Assembly: GCA_039194325.1 (NCBI GenBank)
Contig: JBCCWC010000006.1
Coordinates: 64,001 to 128,000, forward strand
Direction: 5' to 3'
Source of the DNA: Myxococcota bacterium
GTDB taxonomy: Bacteria; Myxococcota_A; Polyangia; Nannocystales; Nannocystaceae
Length of the DNA: 64,000 nt
The stretch's first letter is position 1; each line of letters begins with the position of its first letter. Of the stretch, positions 48,495 through 59,471 are shown piece by piece. The position numbers and the translations under genes are program-made. The notes below the pieces were generated by a model. The model did not search any database and had not been told where the DNA came from. It saw nothing but the letters and a program-made list of their open reading frames with translations.

Positions 48495-50516
48495 ATGCCT
48501 GTGACCACGCCGCTTGCTCGGGCTCTTACCGCTGCTTCGCTACTCGCCATGGCCTGGCCCGGCTCGGCCGCGGCCGATGAAGTCTGGGGCACCCGCTCGG
48601 AGCGACTGGTCGAGCGATCCCACGACATTCGGCTCGTCCTCGACCACGGAGTGGCCACGCTACGGGTGCGACGAGCGGTGCACAACGGCGGCGAGCGCCA
48701 CGATCAAGCCTTGTTCTGGATCGACGTGCCCGAGACGGCGGTCGCCACCGGCCTGCGCACTCGAGGCATGCTGCACGGCAAACCCCACTGGTTCGAGGGT
48801 GATCTGCTCGAGGCCGAGCTGGCGGCCCAGCGCTACACCGAGCTGACCGGGATCGGCGGCTACTACCCCAAGGATCCCGCGCTGCTCTCCTGGCGCAACC
48901 CCACCCTCCTGGCCCTCCAGGTCTTTCCCGTGGCTCCCCAGACCGAGAAGATGGTCGAGTACACGCTGCAGATGCCGACGGTCTACGAGGAGGGCCGGGA
49001 CCACCTGGATCTCCCCCCGCTCGGGACCGAGAAGCACCCGGCCCGAGTCACCCTAAAGGCGGCTCATCGTCGCGATCAGCTCTTTGTCCGTGGTGAGCCG
49101 GTGGGCCACGGCACGCAGCTCACCCTCGACCAGCAGGTCTCGCTGTCGCTGGCGCGCGCCCGAACCCCGCGGATCGAGGCCCACCTGGCCTCGGTGCCCT
49201 TCGCGGACCAGCGCGTGCTGATGCACCTCGATGTAGCGCTGGCGCCCAAGCTCTCCACCATTCCCCGCAATGCCCGAGTGGTGGTGGTGCTCGACGGCTC
49301 GCGCTCGATGAGCGAGGGCGAGCGCAAGGCCGAAGTCGCGACCGCGCGTGCAACCCTCGAGCACTTCGCCGCGCCCAAGCTCGGAGCCAAAGCCGAGGTC
49401 TTGGTCTTCGATCACAAGGTCGAGGGTCGCAACGGAGGGCTCGTGTCCGTGCGCAAGGCCATCGCCGATCTGGAGCACCTCGAGCTTCCGGGTAACAATG
49501 GCAGCCATGTCGACCAAGCCCTCACACGCGCCGGCGAGTTGCTCGCGGGCAGCAAGGGCCCCCGCCGCATCGTGTTGCTCACCGACGCCCGCACTCGCGA
49601 CGGCCTGAAACCCGCTCGCCTGCGTACGCTCGCCGAAGACAGCCGAGCCATCGTGCACGTGGGGATCGTGGGCGAGGGCTCCGCCACCCTCCAGCGCGAC
49701 GACAGTCACCCGTGGGCCGAGGCCACCACCACCACCGGTGGCCTGGTCTGGAATGTCGCGGCCGATCTCGACGGCGACCGTCAAGATCACCGGGCCGTCT
49801 TCGAAGAGCTCGCCCGTCCCGTACGCCTCGACCACGTGCGCGTGCTGGTCCCTCCCCTGGCCGACGAGCACGTCTACGTCGACGAGTCGATGGTAGAGGG
49901 CGAGGGCGTGGACGCCTTCGAGCTGGTCACCGAGCCCATCGCCCACCTGCGCGTCGAGGGCGAGCTGTGGAGCACGCCGGTCCACGAGACGGTGTTTGCC
50001 GAGGACGAGGACAACCGCCGCTGGGCCGCCCTGGTCTTCGGCTCCGAGCTGCTCGGAGAGCTGAGCGAGGAAGAGATGATGCCCCTGGCCATCCTCGGCG
50101 GGGCCGTATCGCCGGTCACCAGCTACCTGGCCATCGAGCCCGGGGTGCGGCCCTCCACCGAGGGCCTCGACGAGACCGAGGGCATGGGCATGATCGGTTT
50201 CGGCGCCGGGGGTGGATCGGGCAGCGGCACGATCGGCCAGGGCAGCGTGGGTCTCATCGGCGGCGACAGCCGCCCCGAATTCCTGCGGCAAGCGGTCCGC
50301 GACGCACTCGATGACTGCGCCGGGCCGGGCCGGGCCGCTCGTGTGGTGCTGGAGTCCACGCTGGACGAGATCGTGCACCTCGATCGGATCACCATCGTCG
50401 ACTCCACCGATCCCACGCTCACCCGATGCGTGGAGACACAGCTGTGGGATCTAGAGCTGCGGCGTGACTTCAACGACGAGTGGCGCCGCTGGGTCGTCGA
50501 CGTGCCGGCCACGTGA
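48495..50516 (+). CDS. Secreted VIT-like/vWA domain protein
   Basis: Signal peptide, VIT-like N-region, VVLDGSRSM, VLLTD and SPVTSYLA, then a Gly-rich linker and small C-terminal domain. Confidence 0.78.
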   Translation: MPVTTPLARALTAASLLAMAWPGSAAADEVWGTRSERLVERSHDIRLVLDHGVATLRVRRAVHNGGERHDQALFWIDVPETAVATGLRTRGMLHGKPHWFEGDLLEAELAAQRYTELTGIGGYYPKDPALLSWRNPTLLALQVFPVAPQTEKMVEYTLQMPTVYEEGRDHLDLPPLGTEKHPARVTLKAAHRRDQLFVRGEPVGHGTQLTLDQQVSLSLARARTPRIEAHLASVPFADQRVLMHLDVALAPKLSTIPRNARVVVVLDGSRSMSEGERKAEVATARATLEHFAAPKLGAKAEVLVFDHKVEGRNGGLVSVRKAIADLEHLELPGNNGSHVDQALTRAGELLAGSKGPRRIVLLTDARTRDGLKPARLRTLAEDSRAIVHVGIVGEGSATLQRDDSHPWAEATTTTGGLVWNVAADLDGDRQDHRAVFEELARPVRLDHVRVLVPPLADEHVYVDESMVEGEGVDAFELVTEPIAHLRVEGELWSTPVHETVFAEDEDNRRWAALVFGSELLGELSEEEMMPLAILGGAVSPVTSYLAIEPGVRPSTEGLDETEGMGMIGFGAGGGSGSGTIGQGSVGLIGGDSRPEFLRQAVRDALDDCAGPGRAARVVLESTLDEIVHLDRITIVDSTDPTLTRCVETQLWDLELRRDFNDEWRRWVVDVPAT

Positions 50517-50588
50517 GCCCTCTTGTCAGGTTCGGGCCTGGAGCTCGGACCTGGGGTTCGGGCCCGAGGGATCACGATACGATGGCCC

Positions 50589-51623
50589 ATGCGCTCGTGC
50601 TTCCGACTGCGACTGGTCTCGTCACTTCTAGCCCCATCGCTTCTGGTCCCACCGCTGTTCGTGCTCGTCGCCTGCGGTACCGTCGACCCCGGCAGTGACG
50701 ACCCGGCCGGCGACACCCGCGGCCCGACGACCTCCCCCGCCACCACGGCAACGGCCACCCTGGGCTCGGCCTCGTCGGACCCCAGCACGAGCACCGCCGC
50801 AACGAGCTCGAACAACACGACCGGCAGCACCGGCTCCGCCGACACCACCACCACCGATCCCACGATCGGGCCACACTTCGACCTGTCGATCCCCGACATG
50901 CCGGGCGACCCCTTCATCCCCACGGACATCGACGTGGTGCTTACGGCGGACAACGCCTATGCCTTCGGCTACGGCACCGAAGACGAGATGCTCAACTACT
51001 TCGGCGGGGTCGCGGCCGTGCTGGCCTCGGAGATCTTCGGCTGCGCCACCGGCCCCGAGCAATATCTCGTGCCCGCCCAGGACGTGGCCGAGTACCTCTA
51101 CATCGTGGCCTACGGCGACCAGTCCACCACCCAGGGGGTGATCGGTCAGTTTCGACGGATCAGCGACCGCCCCAAGGGCACCCCGGGCGAGGTGGTCTAC
51201 ACCGGCGACGAGGACTGGGAGGTTTGCGCCACCGGCATCGACTACAACACCGGAGATCCCACCCCCACCCTCGAGATCGTCAACGAGCAGATCGCCCTGT
51301 GCAACGCGGGCATGACCGACCCCGCGACCACCAGCCAGGGCTGGGTGGATCAGACGGGCACCATGCTCGGCGCGCTCGCGGTGGGTGAGACCAACGAGAC
51401 CCCGTACGCCGGCGGCCCGCAGCCGGGCAACGAGTTCCCGCTGGTCTGCCAGATGCTCGTCGATCCCGAGGCCCGCTGGATGTGGTTCAACTGGGATCCG
51501 GCGACGCTGGTGTGGCCCGCCCAGTCCCCCTTCATCTACCCGGGCGGCCCCGGCAACCCCATGCACGACTTCATGATCTTCCGGCTGGCCTCCGATGCCC
51601 TACCTCCGCCTCCGGCGGGCTGA
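50589..51623 (+). CDS. Hypothetical lipoprotein with a Thr-rich linker
   Basis: Lipobox VLVAC. Globular domain starts VVLTADNAY. Confidence 0.78.
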   Translation: MRSCFRLRLVSSLLAPSLLVPPLFVLVACGTVDPGSDDPAGDTRGPTTSPATTATATLGSASSDPSTSTAATSSNNTTGSTGSADTTTTDPTIGPHFDLSIPDMPGDPFIPTDIDVVLTADNAYAFGYGTEDEMLNYFGGVAAVLASEIFGCATGPEQYLVPAQDVAEYLYIVAYGDQSTTQGVIGQFRRISDRPKGTPGEVVYTGDEDWEVCATGIDYNTGDPTPTLEIVNEQIALCNAGMTDPATTSQGWVDQTGTMLGALAVGETNETPYAGGPQPGNEFPLVCQMLVDPEARWMWFNWDPATLVWPAQSPFIYPGGPGNPMHDFMIFRLASDALPPPPAG

Positions 51624-52036
51624 CATCCGCGCCTCGCCCCGCCCGGGATCGTGCACCCACCGATGCATCCGATCCCCCGCCCGCGGGACTACCCCAGTGC
51701 AAGCCAATCCACCTCGCAATCTTGCGAGGGCAAGCCACCTGAAGCGACGCACGCCACTGCGTCCAAGCGAGCACCCGGTCGCGCACTCATAGCGCGGCCG
51801 GGTGCTCGTGGGTTCGGACATGGCACCCGTGCCCGACCCACGACACCGGTGTCACACTCGAACCGCGCCCAGACGCGATCCTCCCCTTCGAAATCATTGA
51901 ATTTTTCCCGCCAAGCCCGCTGGCCTCGTCCTTGCGAATAGGTCGGGCGCTCGACGCCACCACGAGGATGCGAACAATCGCCCGGCGTCGAGCACCGACT
52001 TTTGACTTACGTCTACCTGGATCGAGGTTCTTTGCC

Positions 52037-54124
52037 ATGTCTTCGTCTCGTCGCACCGCCCTGCCCCTGGTCGCCCTCTCGCTCGCCGCTATCGCCACCG
52101 GCTGTGAAGGCACCCAAGGCTCCGACCCCTACGCCCCGGAATCGATCGACCGCTCGTCGCTGGCCCACTTTCAGTCGTGCGAAGACGTGGTCGACTACGT
52201 CCAGTTCCGTGCGCTGGAGCAGGTGGGCCCCTACGGCTTCGACGGTGACCATGGCTGGGGCTGGGAAGAGGACGCGCTCGCGGGCGGCGAAGACGGCGGC
52301 GGCGACCCGAACATGGGCGGCGCCCCACCGCCCGCCGACGACGGGGAGACCGGGGGCGACTCCGGGGGTGGCGACGGTGGCTCGCCCGATCACTCGGGCA
52401 CCAACGTCCAAGAGCTCGGCGTCGACGAGCCCGACATCATCAAGACCGACGGCGATCGGATCCTGGCCCTGGCCCAGGGCCAGCTGCACTACATCGACGT
52501 GCAGGGAGAGGCGCCCACGCTGACCCAGTCCCTGCCCGTGCTCGAGGCGGCCGACGAGTACTACTGGTACGACGCCACGCAGATGCTGGTCCACGGCGAT
52601 CGGGTCCTGCTGACGATCTCGCGCGGCGGCTGGGATCTTCCCCCCGCGATCCGTGACCAGTTCGAGCTAGGCGCCGACGAGTACATGGAGATCGTCCAGC
52701 TGGTCGAGGTCGACGTGTCGAACCCGAACGACATGAAGGTGGTGGGCAGCCTCTACGTGGAGGGCATGGTCGTCAGCGGTCGCCTGCACGAGGACACCGC
52801 CCGCGTCGTGCTCAGCGCGCAGTATCACGACCTGCCCTTCAAGTACCCCTACGACTTCCTTGATGAGAGCGACGCCAACTTCGACGAGTGGAGCGGCTGG
52901 AACGAGGCGGCCTACCAATGGGCCGAGACCCAGGCCGAGAAGCACAACCGCAACGTGGTGCTCGCGACCGAGCTCTCCGACTGGATCCCCCGCTACGTGT
53001 TCGAGGCCGGCGACACGACCGACGCCGGCCTGCTGGTCGAGTGCCAGCGGATGATGCGACCCGGCGCCCACGCGGGCCTGGGCACGCTGTCGGTGCTCAC
53101 CATCGATATGAGCCAGCCCCTGGCGCTGGGCGACGCGGTGGGCGTGTTCTCCGAGGGCCAGACCGTCTACGCCAGCCCACAGAGCCTCTACGTGGCCACC
53201 CGACCGATCTGGGAGGAGCAAGACCTCGAGGTGCTCGAGGAGGACCCCGAGTGGAACGTGTCCTCCTACGTGCACAAGTTCGACATCACCAGCGACGACG
53301 CCGCCCACTACGTGGCCTCCGGCGAGGTCCCCGGCTACCTGCTCAGCCAGTGGGCCATGTCCGAGCACGACGGCGATCTGCGGGTGGCCAGCACCCAGTG
53401 GGGCTGGAGCGACGACTCCGAGAGCTATGTGTCGGTGCTGCGCGAGAACGGCGAGGCGCTCGAGCTCATTGGTCAAGTCGACGGCCTCGGCAAGGGCGAG
53501 GAAATCTACGCGGTGCGCTTCATGGGCGACGTGGGCTATGTGGTCACCTTCCGCCAGATCGATCCGCTGTACACCCTCGATCTTGCCGATCCCACCGACC
53601 CGCGGATGGTGGGTGAGCTGAAGATCAACGGCTACTCCGCCTACCTGCACCCGGTGGGCGAGAACCTGCTGCTGGGCGTGGGCCGCGACGGCACGGCGGA
53701 TGGCCAGGTGCTCGGCACCCAGGTGAGCCTGTTCGACGTGAGCAACCCGGCCGAGCCCACCGCGATCTTCCAAGAGTCCTTCGGTGAGTGGGGCTCCTCC
53801 GAGGTGGAGTTCGATCACCACGCGTTCTTGTACTGGGCCCCCGAGAACCTCGCGGTCTTCCCCGTCAACACCTGGACGTTCAATGAAGACACCGGCGAAG
53901 AGGAGTACTTCAACGGCGCCCTGGCCTATCGGATCGACCCCGAGTCGGGGATCCAGCTGCTGGGAACGATCGAGCACGAGCAGGGCGAGTTCGAGGAGTT
54001 CTGGTACGGCGAGGGGATCCGCCGCTCCATGGTGATCGGCGACCAGCTGTTCACCCTGTCCCGCGAGGGCCTGCAGCGCAACGCGCTGAGCGATCTTTCC
54101 GCTGCCGGCTGGGTGGAGTTCTAA
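52037..54124 (+). CDS. Beta-propeller domain lipoprotein (Beta_propel family)
   Basis: Lipobox IATGC, TNVQELGVDEPDIIKTDG, EEIYAVRF and VTFRQIDPL...LKINGYSAYLHP. Confidence 0.9.
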   Translation: MSSSRRTALPLVALSLAAIATGCEGTQGSDPYAPESIDRSSLAHFQSCEDVVDYVQFRALEQVGPYGFDGDHGWGWEEDALAGGEDGGGDPNMGGAPPPADDGETGGDSGGGDGGSPDHSGTNVQELGVDEPDIIKTDGDRILALAQGQLHYIDVQGEAPTLTQSLPVLEAADEYYWYDATQMLVHGDRVLLTISRGGWDLPPAIRDQFELGADEYMEIVQLVEVDVSNPNDMKVVGSLYVEGMVVSGRLHEDTARVVLSAQYHDLPFKYPYDFLDESDANFDEWSGWNEAAYQWAETQAEKHNRNVVLATELSDWIPRYVFEAGDTTDAGLLVECQRMMRPGAHAGLGTLSVLTIDMSQPLALGDAVGVFSEGQTVYASPQSLYVATRPIWEEQDLEVLEEDPEWNVSSYVHKFDITSDDAAHYVASGEVPGYLLSQWAMSEHDGDLRVASTQWGWSDDSESYVSVLRENGEALELIGQVDGLGKGEEIYAVRFMGDVGYVVTFRQIDPLYTLDLADPTDPRMVGELKINGYSAYLHPVGENLLLGVGRDGTADGQVLGTQVSLFDVSNPAEPTAIFQESFGEWGSSEVEFDHHAFLYWAPENLAVFPVNTWTFNEDTGEEEYFNGALAYRIDPESGIQLLGTIEHEQGEFEEFWYGEGIRRSMVIGDQLFTLSREGLQRNALSDLSAAGWVEF

Positions 54125-54626
54125 GACTCGCGCTCGCCAACCCACCCTGGCCAAGGTTGGCGCAAGCGGTGGCGCTCCCTCGGGACGCCGCCGCTCGCTC
54201 GTTCGGTTTTCCGTCACTCCAAGAGCAAGCGTCGACGTGAGCGTTCACTCGGATCGGCCAACACGCGAATCTCGAGTTCGCCCCCTCGATGCAGTCGGGG
54301 TCTACGAGCCCCATTGCATGGAATTCGAAGCGACAGATCATCGCAGTTTCGATCTACGCCACGATGCTCACCGATTTTTCCCGAGCCGATCGCCACCCGA
54401 GGCCATTTGCCCCGAACGATTCGATCCGCTGCTCACGATCGCACGAGCGGCTCTCGTTCGTCATGCTCACCTCAACGATCCGGCCCTGGTCGATGTGGAG
54501 AATGCGTCAAGATTTTCCGATCGATTCCCGTTGGAAGTGACACTCTACAATTGCGATCAAAGACGCTACTCTAGGTCCGCCAATACCGTTCTTGACTTGA
54601 CCTGAGATGTCCCTTGGGAAGCACCG

Positions 54627-55223
54627 ATGAGCAAGAGTGAGCACGGAGGAGAGGAACGCATCGTTCTGCAACGCAGCGGGTCGGCCAAGCTTGCCTGCCA
54701 GGCGGGCGTGGTTACTGTCAGTGCAGTAGATGATGGCAGCATCCGGGTCGATTTCTGCGCGCGTGATTGCAGCGTGATGCTCCGTATCACCGAGGCCATC
54801 GAGCTCCATGACGGCGACCTCATCGCGGCCGGGCACCAGTGGATGTCGTTCGAGGCCGGCCGCAGCGGCCGCCCCGCGCGCCTCAACCTCCTCGACGATG
54901 CGGGCGCCGTCCGCCTCACCCTTACCCTGCGTGGCTCCTCGCTGTCGATGGGCCGCAACACCGGCGACGTGGTGCTGCCCCAGGACGAAGCGCTCTCCGA
55001 GCTCCACATGCAGCTGTTGATCCGCGAGGACAACGTGTTCTTGCAGGATCTGGCCAGCTCCAACGGGACCTGGGCCGTCGTCCGCCCGGGCGAGGTGCTG
55101 CCCTCCAACAGCACCCTGGCGATCGGTGAGCGCTTGGTGCGAGTGAGCACGCCGCCCCCGGTCGGCTCCGAGCCCGCGGTGGCCGATCGAGCCTGGCGCA
55201 CCAACATCCACGACGCCGCCTGA
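54627..55223 (+). CDS. FHA domain protein
   Basis: MGR..GD...D..LSELH...QDLASSNGTW. The N-terminal half looks like a degenerate second FHA. Confidence 0.8.
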   Translation: MSKSEHGGEERIVLQRSGSAKLACQAGVVTVSAVDDGSIRVDFCARDCSVMLRITEAIELHDGDLIAAGHQWMSFEAGRSGRPARLNLLDDAGAVRLTLTLRGSSLSMGRNTGDVVLPQDEALSELHMQLLIREDNVFLQDLASSNGTWAVVRPGEVLPSNSTLAIGERLVRVSTPPPVGSEPAVADRAWRTNIHDAA

Positions 55224-55510
55224 AGCCGCGTGTCGTCGGCACCGGTGCGTAGACTCATCGTCACCCGATTGGCTCCAGACTGGCTCTAGCGCAGCGCATC
55301 GGACGGGTCTGCGTCGCGGAGGCGACGCTCGATTCACGCCCGCTGGGGACGAAAGGGCGACGAGGGGACCCGGGTGCGACCGGTTCATGGTCAGGGCGTC
55401 AACCATCCCGTCGACTCGCGCGACTCTCCCTGGCATGCGCATGACGTCGGGGTGGCGTTAGAGCATCTCTTTGTCGTGTGACCGCCGGACCCCCCATCTG
55501 CGACCCAATC

Positions 55511-57664
55511 ATGAGACATCGATTCAATCCCTGCATGATCCTGACCGGAGTGCTCTGCGCTGGGCTGCCAGCGTGTCAGCCAGGCGAGGGCCCGGTGGCC
55601 GCGACTGACACCAACAGCGAGGATTCGACATCCGGTACGACGGCCACGACCGATCTCGAAACGACACTCGATGATCCGTCGACGAGCATCGATCCCGATG
55701 GAACCACGACATCGTCCGAGACATCCGATCCGGTCTGCGGGGACGGCATGGTGGAGGGTGCCGAAGAATGCGACGAGGCTGGTGAGTCGCCCTCGTGCGA
55801 CGCAGACTGCACGATCCCCATGTGCGGCGATGGGCTGCTCAATGCGGCGGCGGGCGAGGAGTGCGATGGGACCGACTTTGGCGACACCACGTGTCAAAGC
55901 GAGGGCTTCGCCAGCGGTGAGCTGGCCTGCGACGAGCAATGTGCCGTGGACACGAGCGGCTGCTCGCTGCTACCCGCGGCCCCGGTGCTCGAGCTGAGCT
56001 TCTCGGCGGTCAAGCGGTTCGATTTTGGCTGGGCCGAGACCGAGGGCGCCGAGCACTACCGCCTCGAGCAGAGCGTGGCCCCCGGGGAGCCCTTCGAGCC
56101 GCTGGGACCCGACCTCGAGCAGCTCTCGGTGTCCTGGACCATGCCTCTGCACGGTCGCTATACGGCGAGCTATCGCCTACAGGCGTGTAATGGGGAGGGG
56201 TGTACGGAATCGGCGGTGGTGGACGTGACCGGTACGCTGGCGGAGGCGATCGGCTACTTCAAGGCGTCCAACACGGGCTCGAGCGACGTCTTTGGCGACG
56301 AGGTCACGATCTCCGGCGACGGCCGGACGCTCGCCGTTGCCGCGCCCTCCGAGGACAGCAACGCCACCGAAATCGACGGTGATCCGAACGATCGCGGCCT
56401 CAACAACGGGGCTGTCTATGTCTTCGTCCTCGACGAGCACGGGGTCTGGACGCAGCAAGCCTATGTCAAGGCTTCGGACAACGCTGACGGGGACGATTTT
56501 GGGCGGAGTCTATCGCTGTCTAGTGACGGTCGTACCCTCGCGGTCGGGTCCAGCAAATACAACGATAACCTGGGCTCGAGCGGGTACGCGTACGTGTTCA
56601 CCCGCGACAACGCAGGCACCTGGGCTGAGCAGGCTCAACTTCAGCCCTCTCACGGCGCCAGCTTGTTCGGCGTCAGCCTCGTACTCTCGGGCGACGGGAA
56701 TACGTTGGCGGCGGGTGCCATCTTCGACTCGAGCGGAGCCACCGGCATCGACGGCGATCCCGACGAGAACCCGATGCAAGCGGCTGGGGCCGTGTTTGTG
56801 TTCACTCGCAACGGCGCGGGCGCGTGGTCTCAGCAGGCGTATGTCAAGGCGTCCAATACCGGAGCGTACGACGAGTTTGGGTCGAGCGTGGCGCTCTCCG
56901 GCAACGGCAACACCCTGGCCGTGGGCGCGGACCGAGAGCGCAGCAATGCAGCCGGGGTCGACGGCGATCAGAGCGACGACTCACTCGACAATGCAGGGGC
57001 CGTCTATGTATTCGAGCGCGACGGAGCGGGGGTCTGGGCTCAGCAAGCCTATGTCAAAGCTTCGAATCCAGACTGGGAGGACCACTTCGGGTACACGGTG
57101 GCGCTGTCGGTCGACGGCGATACCCTGGCCGTCGGAGCCCCCGAAGAGGACAGTAACGCCGTCGGCATCGACGGCGAGCAGGCCAATGAGCAGGTACTGG
57201 ATGCGGGAGCGGTCTACGTGTTCACTCGTGACGGTGTCGGTGCCTGGTCGCAGCAGGCCTACGTCAAGGCTTCTAACACCGCCGCGACAGGCAGCGTAGT
57301 CGGGGAGTGGTTCGGTTGGGACGTGGCGCTCTCGGGCAGTGGCGACGCGTTGGTCGTGGGGGCACGCAACGAGGACAGTGTCGCCATTGGAGTCGACGGC
57401 GAGCAGAATAGCCATGAAGACGTGGGGACGGGCGCGGTCTATACGTTCGTGCGCGATGATGCGGGCACCTGGGCGCAGCAGGCATACCTCAAGGCATCGG
57501 ATCCCGACGACGGCGACACCTACCTCGGCTATAGCGTCGACATCACCGACGACGGCCTGACCGTGGTCGCGGGGGCGCCCTATGAAGACAGCGATGCGAC
57601 CGGTATCGACGGTGACCCGGGCAACAACACCTTGAGCGTTTCAGGGGCTGTCTACCTCTACTGA
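55511..57664 (+). CDS. Lipoprotein with Cys-rich repeats and FG-GAP (integrin alpha-like) repeats
   Basis: Lipobox GLPAC, CGDG..E.CD repeats, and about 7 repeats of YVKAS...FG..VALS.DG.TLAVGA...GAVYVF. Confidence 0.9.
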   Translation: MRHRFNPCMILTGVLCAGLPACQPGEGPVAATDTNSEDSTSGTTATTDLETTLDDPSTSIDPDGTTTSSETSDPVCGDGMVEGAEECDEAGESPSCDADCTIPMCGDGLLNAAAGEECDGTDFGDTTCQSEGFASGELACDEQCAVDTSGCSLLPAAPVLELSFSAVKRFDFGWAETEGAEHYRLEQSVAPGEPFEPLGPDLEQLSVSWTMPLHGRYTASYRLQACNGEGCTESAVVDVTGTLAEAIGYFKASNTGSSDVFGDEVTISGDGRTLAVAAPSEDSNATEIDGDPNDRGLNNGAVYVFVLDEHGVWTQQAYVKASDNADGDDFGRSLSLSSDGRTLAVGSSKYNDNLGSSGYAYVFTRDNAGTWAEQAQLQPSHGASLFGVSLVLSGDGNTLAAGAIFDSSGATGIDGDPDENPMQAAGAVFVFTRNGAGAWSQQAYVKASNTGAYDEFGSSVALSGNGNTLAVGADRERSNAAGVDGDQSDDSLDNAGAVYVFERDGAGVWAQQAYVKASNPDWEDHFGYTVALSVDGDTLAVGAPEEDSNAVGIDGEQANEQVLDAGAVYVFTRDGVGAWSQQAYVKASNTAATGSVVGEWFGWDVALSGSGDALVVGARNEDSVAIGVDGEQNSHEDVGTGAVYTFVRDDAGTWAQQAYLKASDPDDGDTYLGYSVDITDDGLTVVAGAPYEDSDATGIDGDPGNNTLSVSGAVYLY

Positions 57665-57691
57665 CGAACGAAGCACGGGGGACGAAGAGTC

Positions 57692-57720
57692 CCGCGAGGA
57701 CGCTTGGCGCGTCCTCGCGG
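57692..57720. terminator. Hairpin between convergent genes
   Basis: CCGCGAGGACGC-ttggc-GCGTCCTCGCGG, a perfect 12-bp stem. Confidence 0.7.
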
Positions 57721-57736
57721 CTCTATGGGCGCCCGC

Positions 57737-58870
57737 TCAGCCGCCCTTGAACACGAGCATGGGCCGCAGGGTCCGCTGCACACGGGTCAGCTCTCGCTGG
57801 GCTCGCATCACCGCCCCGATGTCCTTGTAGGCCCCCGGGGCCTCCTCGCGTAGGCGACCCGCGAGGCGATGGTCGAACCATACCCCGTGCATCTGCTCGT
57901 GGAGCCGGCGAGTGCTGATCCGACGCCGAGCCACCGAGCGCGCCATGGCTCGCCCTGCTCCATGCGAGCTCGAGCAGAGCGCCGCGGCACAACCTCGCCC
58001 ACGCACGTGGTGACTCACCGAGCCCATCGAGCCGGGTATGATCCCCACCTCGCCCTCGCGAGCCGAGATCGCCCCCTTGCGGTGTACCCACAGTGCCTGC
58101 CCTTCGTGCTCCTCGCGACGCACGAAGTTGTGGTGACACTCGATGACGCTGTGTGGGTCCGCCTCTACCGACAATGTGCGCTCGATAACGTCGCGAGCGA
58201 CCTCTATCATGCGTGAACGATTGGCCGCGGCATAGTCGAGTGCCCAGGCCAGGTCGTGGAGGTAGGCTCGGCCTGCGTCGGACTGGGCGCTGAGCCCCAA
58301 TAGACCCGCGCGATCCCGAGTCCCGCGGCGCTCGTGGGCCTGCCGGATCGCCTGCCCCATGCCCCGGGAGCCGCTGTGCACCATCAGCCACAGGCGACCG
58401 TCGTCGCCCGCCTGTAGCTCGAGGAAGTGATTGCCTCGACCCAAGGTCCCGTATTGCAAGCTAGCCTCACGCGCCATGGTGGCCCGCAGCACGGGCTCGC
58501 TCAGCTCGCGCTCGGCGAGCCCAGCGGGCAGCTGGACCCCCGTGCGACGATGATGACGCAGGATCGGGATCGCCCGGTAGAGCCCATCGAGCACCCGGGC
58601 CGCTGCGGGCTCGTCGAGCCGACCGGGCGGAGCATCGAAGGCCAGCGCCGCCATGCCGCAGCCGATGTCGCCCCCGACCGCGGCCGGGATCAGGGTGTCG
58701 CGGGTGCCCAGGGCGACGCCCACGCACACCTCGGCGCTGAGGTGCACGTCGGGCATCACCGCCACACGGACGACGTCGGCTCCCCGACCGAGGCGGGCGA
58801 GAGCATCGCGGACCTCGGGCGGCGGGGGCTCGGCGAGCCAGCGGCGCATTACGGAGTGTGCCGAGCTCAT
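57737..58870 (-). CDS. rtcB: RtcB family RNA 2',3'-cyclic-phosphate/5'-OH ligase (377 aa)
   Basis: MPDVH, GGDIGCGM, GTLG.GNHF.E, HSGSRG, HN, HRKGA, PGSMG, SSHGAGR and EAP.AYKDI. SD AAAGGAGG. The ATG overlaps the upstream TGA. Confidence 0.95.
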   Translation of the reverse strand: MSSAHSVMRRWLAEPPPPEVRDALARLGRGADVVRVAVMPDVHLSAEVCVGVALGTRDTLIPAAVGGDIGCGMAALAFDAPPGRLDEPAAARVLDGLYRAIPILRHHRRTGVQLPAGLAERELSEPVLRATMAREASLQYGTLGRGNHFLELQAGDDGRLWLMVHSGSRGMGQAIRQAHERRGTRDRAGLLGLSAQSDAGRAYLHDLAWALDYAAANRSRMIEVARDVIERTLSVEADPHSVIECHHNFVRREEHEGQALWVHRKGAISAREGEVGIIPGSMGSVSHHVRGRGCAAALCSSSHGAGRAMARSVARRRISTRRLHEQMHGVWFDHRLAGRLREEAPGAYKDIGAVMRAQRELTRVQRTLRPMLVFKGG

Positions 58871-59313
58871 GGCTCTACCTCCTTTGTGGACTCCGGTTCT
58901 ATGGACTCCGGCACCACCATGAACTGGAGGTAGGGCGTGCGCTTGCGATGGATCGCCGCGGCGATCTCGTGGCGTAGGTGTCCCCGAGCGACGTCGAGTC
59001 GCTCGAGGATCGCGTGGACAGGGCTCGCGCCAGAGGAGACGATCTCCACCAGCAAAGAGCGACCGCCCGGCTCGGGAATGACCGCGCGAACCCACAAGCC
59101 CTGCAAGAGGGGATCGTCGAGCTCGCCGAGGGCCAGGTCGAGCCGCCGCTGCACTTGCCGGCACAGCTGGAGGCTCTTGGTGTCATGGGAAGTGCCCGAG
59201 CGGCCGCGGCGACCCGAGCGAGTGGAAAAGTACAGGGAGTCCAGGGGAAGGTCGGCATCGACCACCCCGGGTCGACGTGAGCGTCGCCCACGCCGGTGTG
59301 AATGTTTGCTCAA
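58867..59313 (-). CDS. RbfA-like (ribosome-binding factor A paralog) protein, 148 aa
   Basis: TTG start after GAGAG, Arg-rich N-terminus, QLCRQV...L.DP.L..L.V..V, and C-terminal ARGHLRHEIAAAIHRKRTPYLQF, which resembles RbfA A.G.LR..l...l..R.tP.L.F. Confidence 0.78.
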   Translation of the reverse strand: MSKHSHRRGRRSRRPGVVDADLPLDSLYFSTRSGRRGRSGTSHDTKSLQLCRQVQRRLDLALGELDDPLLQGLWVRAVIPEPGGRSLLVEIVSSGASPVHAILERLDVARGHLRHEIAAAIHRKRTPYLQFMVVPESIEPESTKEVEP

Positions 59314-59319
59314 TGGTTT

Positions 59320-59384
59320 GCTCTCACGAACGAGACGCGCCCAACCCGGGGCGCCTCGAATGATCTCGAAGAAGGGGTGAGAGC
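59320..59384 (-). promoter_or_regulatory. RBS-sequestering hairpin in the leader of the rbfA-like gene
   Basis: On the - strand GCTCTCAC (59384-59377) is complementary to GTGAGAGC (59327-59320, the SD region). Inner stem CGAG-GCGCCC / GGGCGC-gt-CTCG. Confidence 0.6.
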
Positions 59385-59471
59385 CAGGCTTCTGGTGACG
59401 CCTGCCCGAGCAGCACCGACCCAACTCGGATCGATACGAACAACGGATGCGAGACGATGCGGTCGCAGGAG

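Noticed and set aside
54237..54605. 122-aa ORF upstream of the FHA gene
   Set aside because: Weak codon bias, no RBS and no motif. More likely regulatory or intergenic DNA.
57737..59164. 475-aa RtcB with an N-terminal extension
   Set aside because: The extension overlaps the RbfA-like ORF. A strong SD and the ATGA overlap support a start at 58870.
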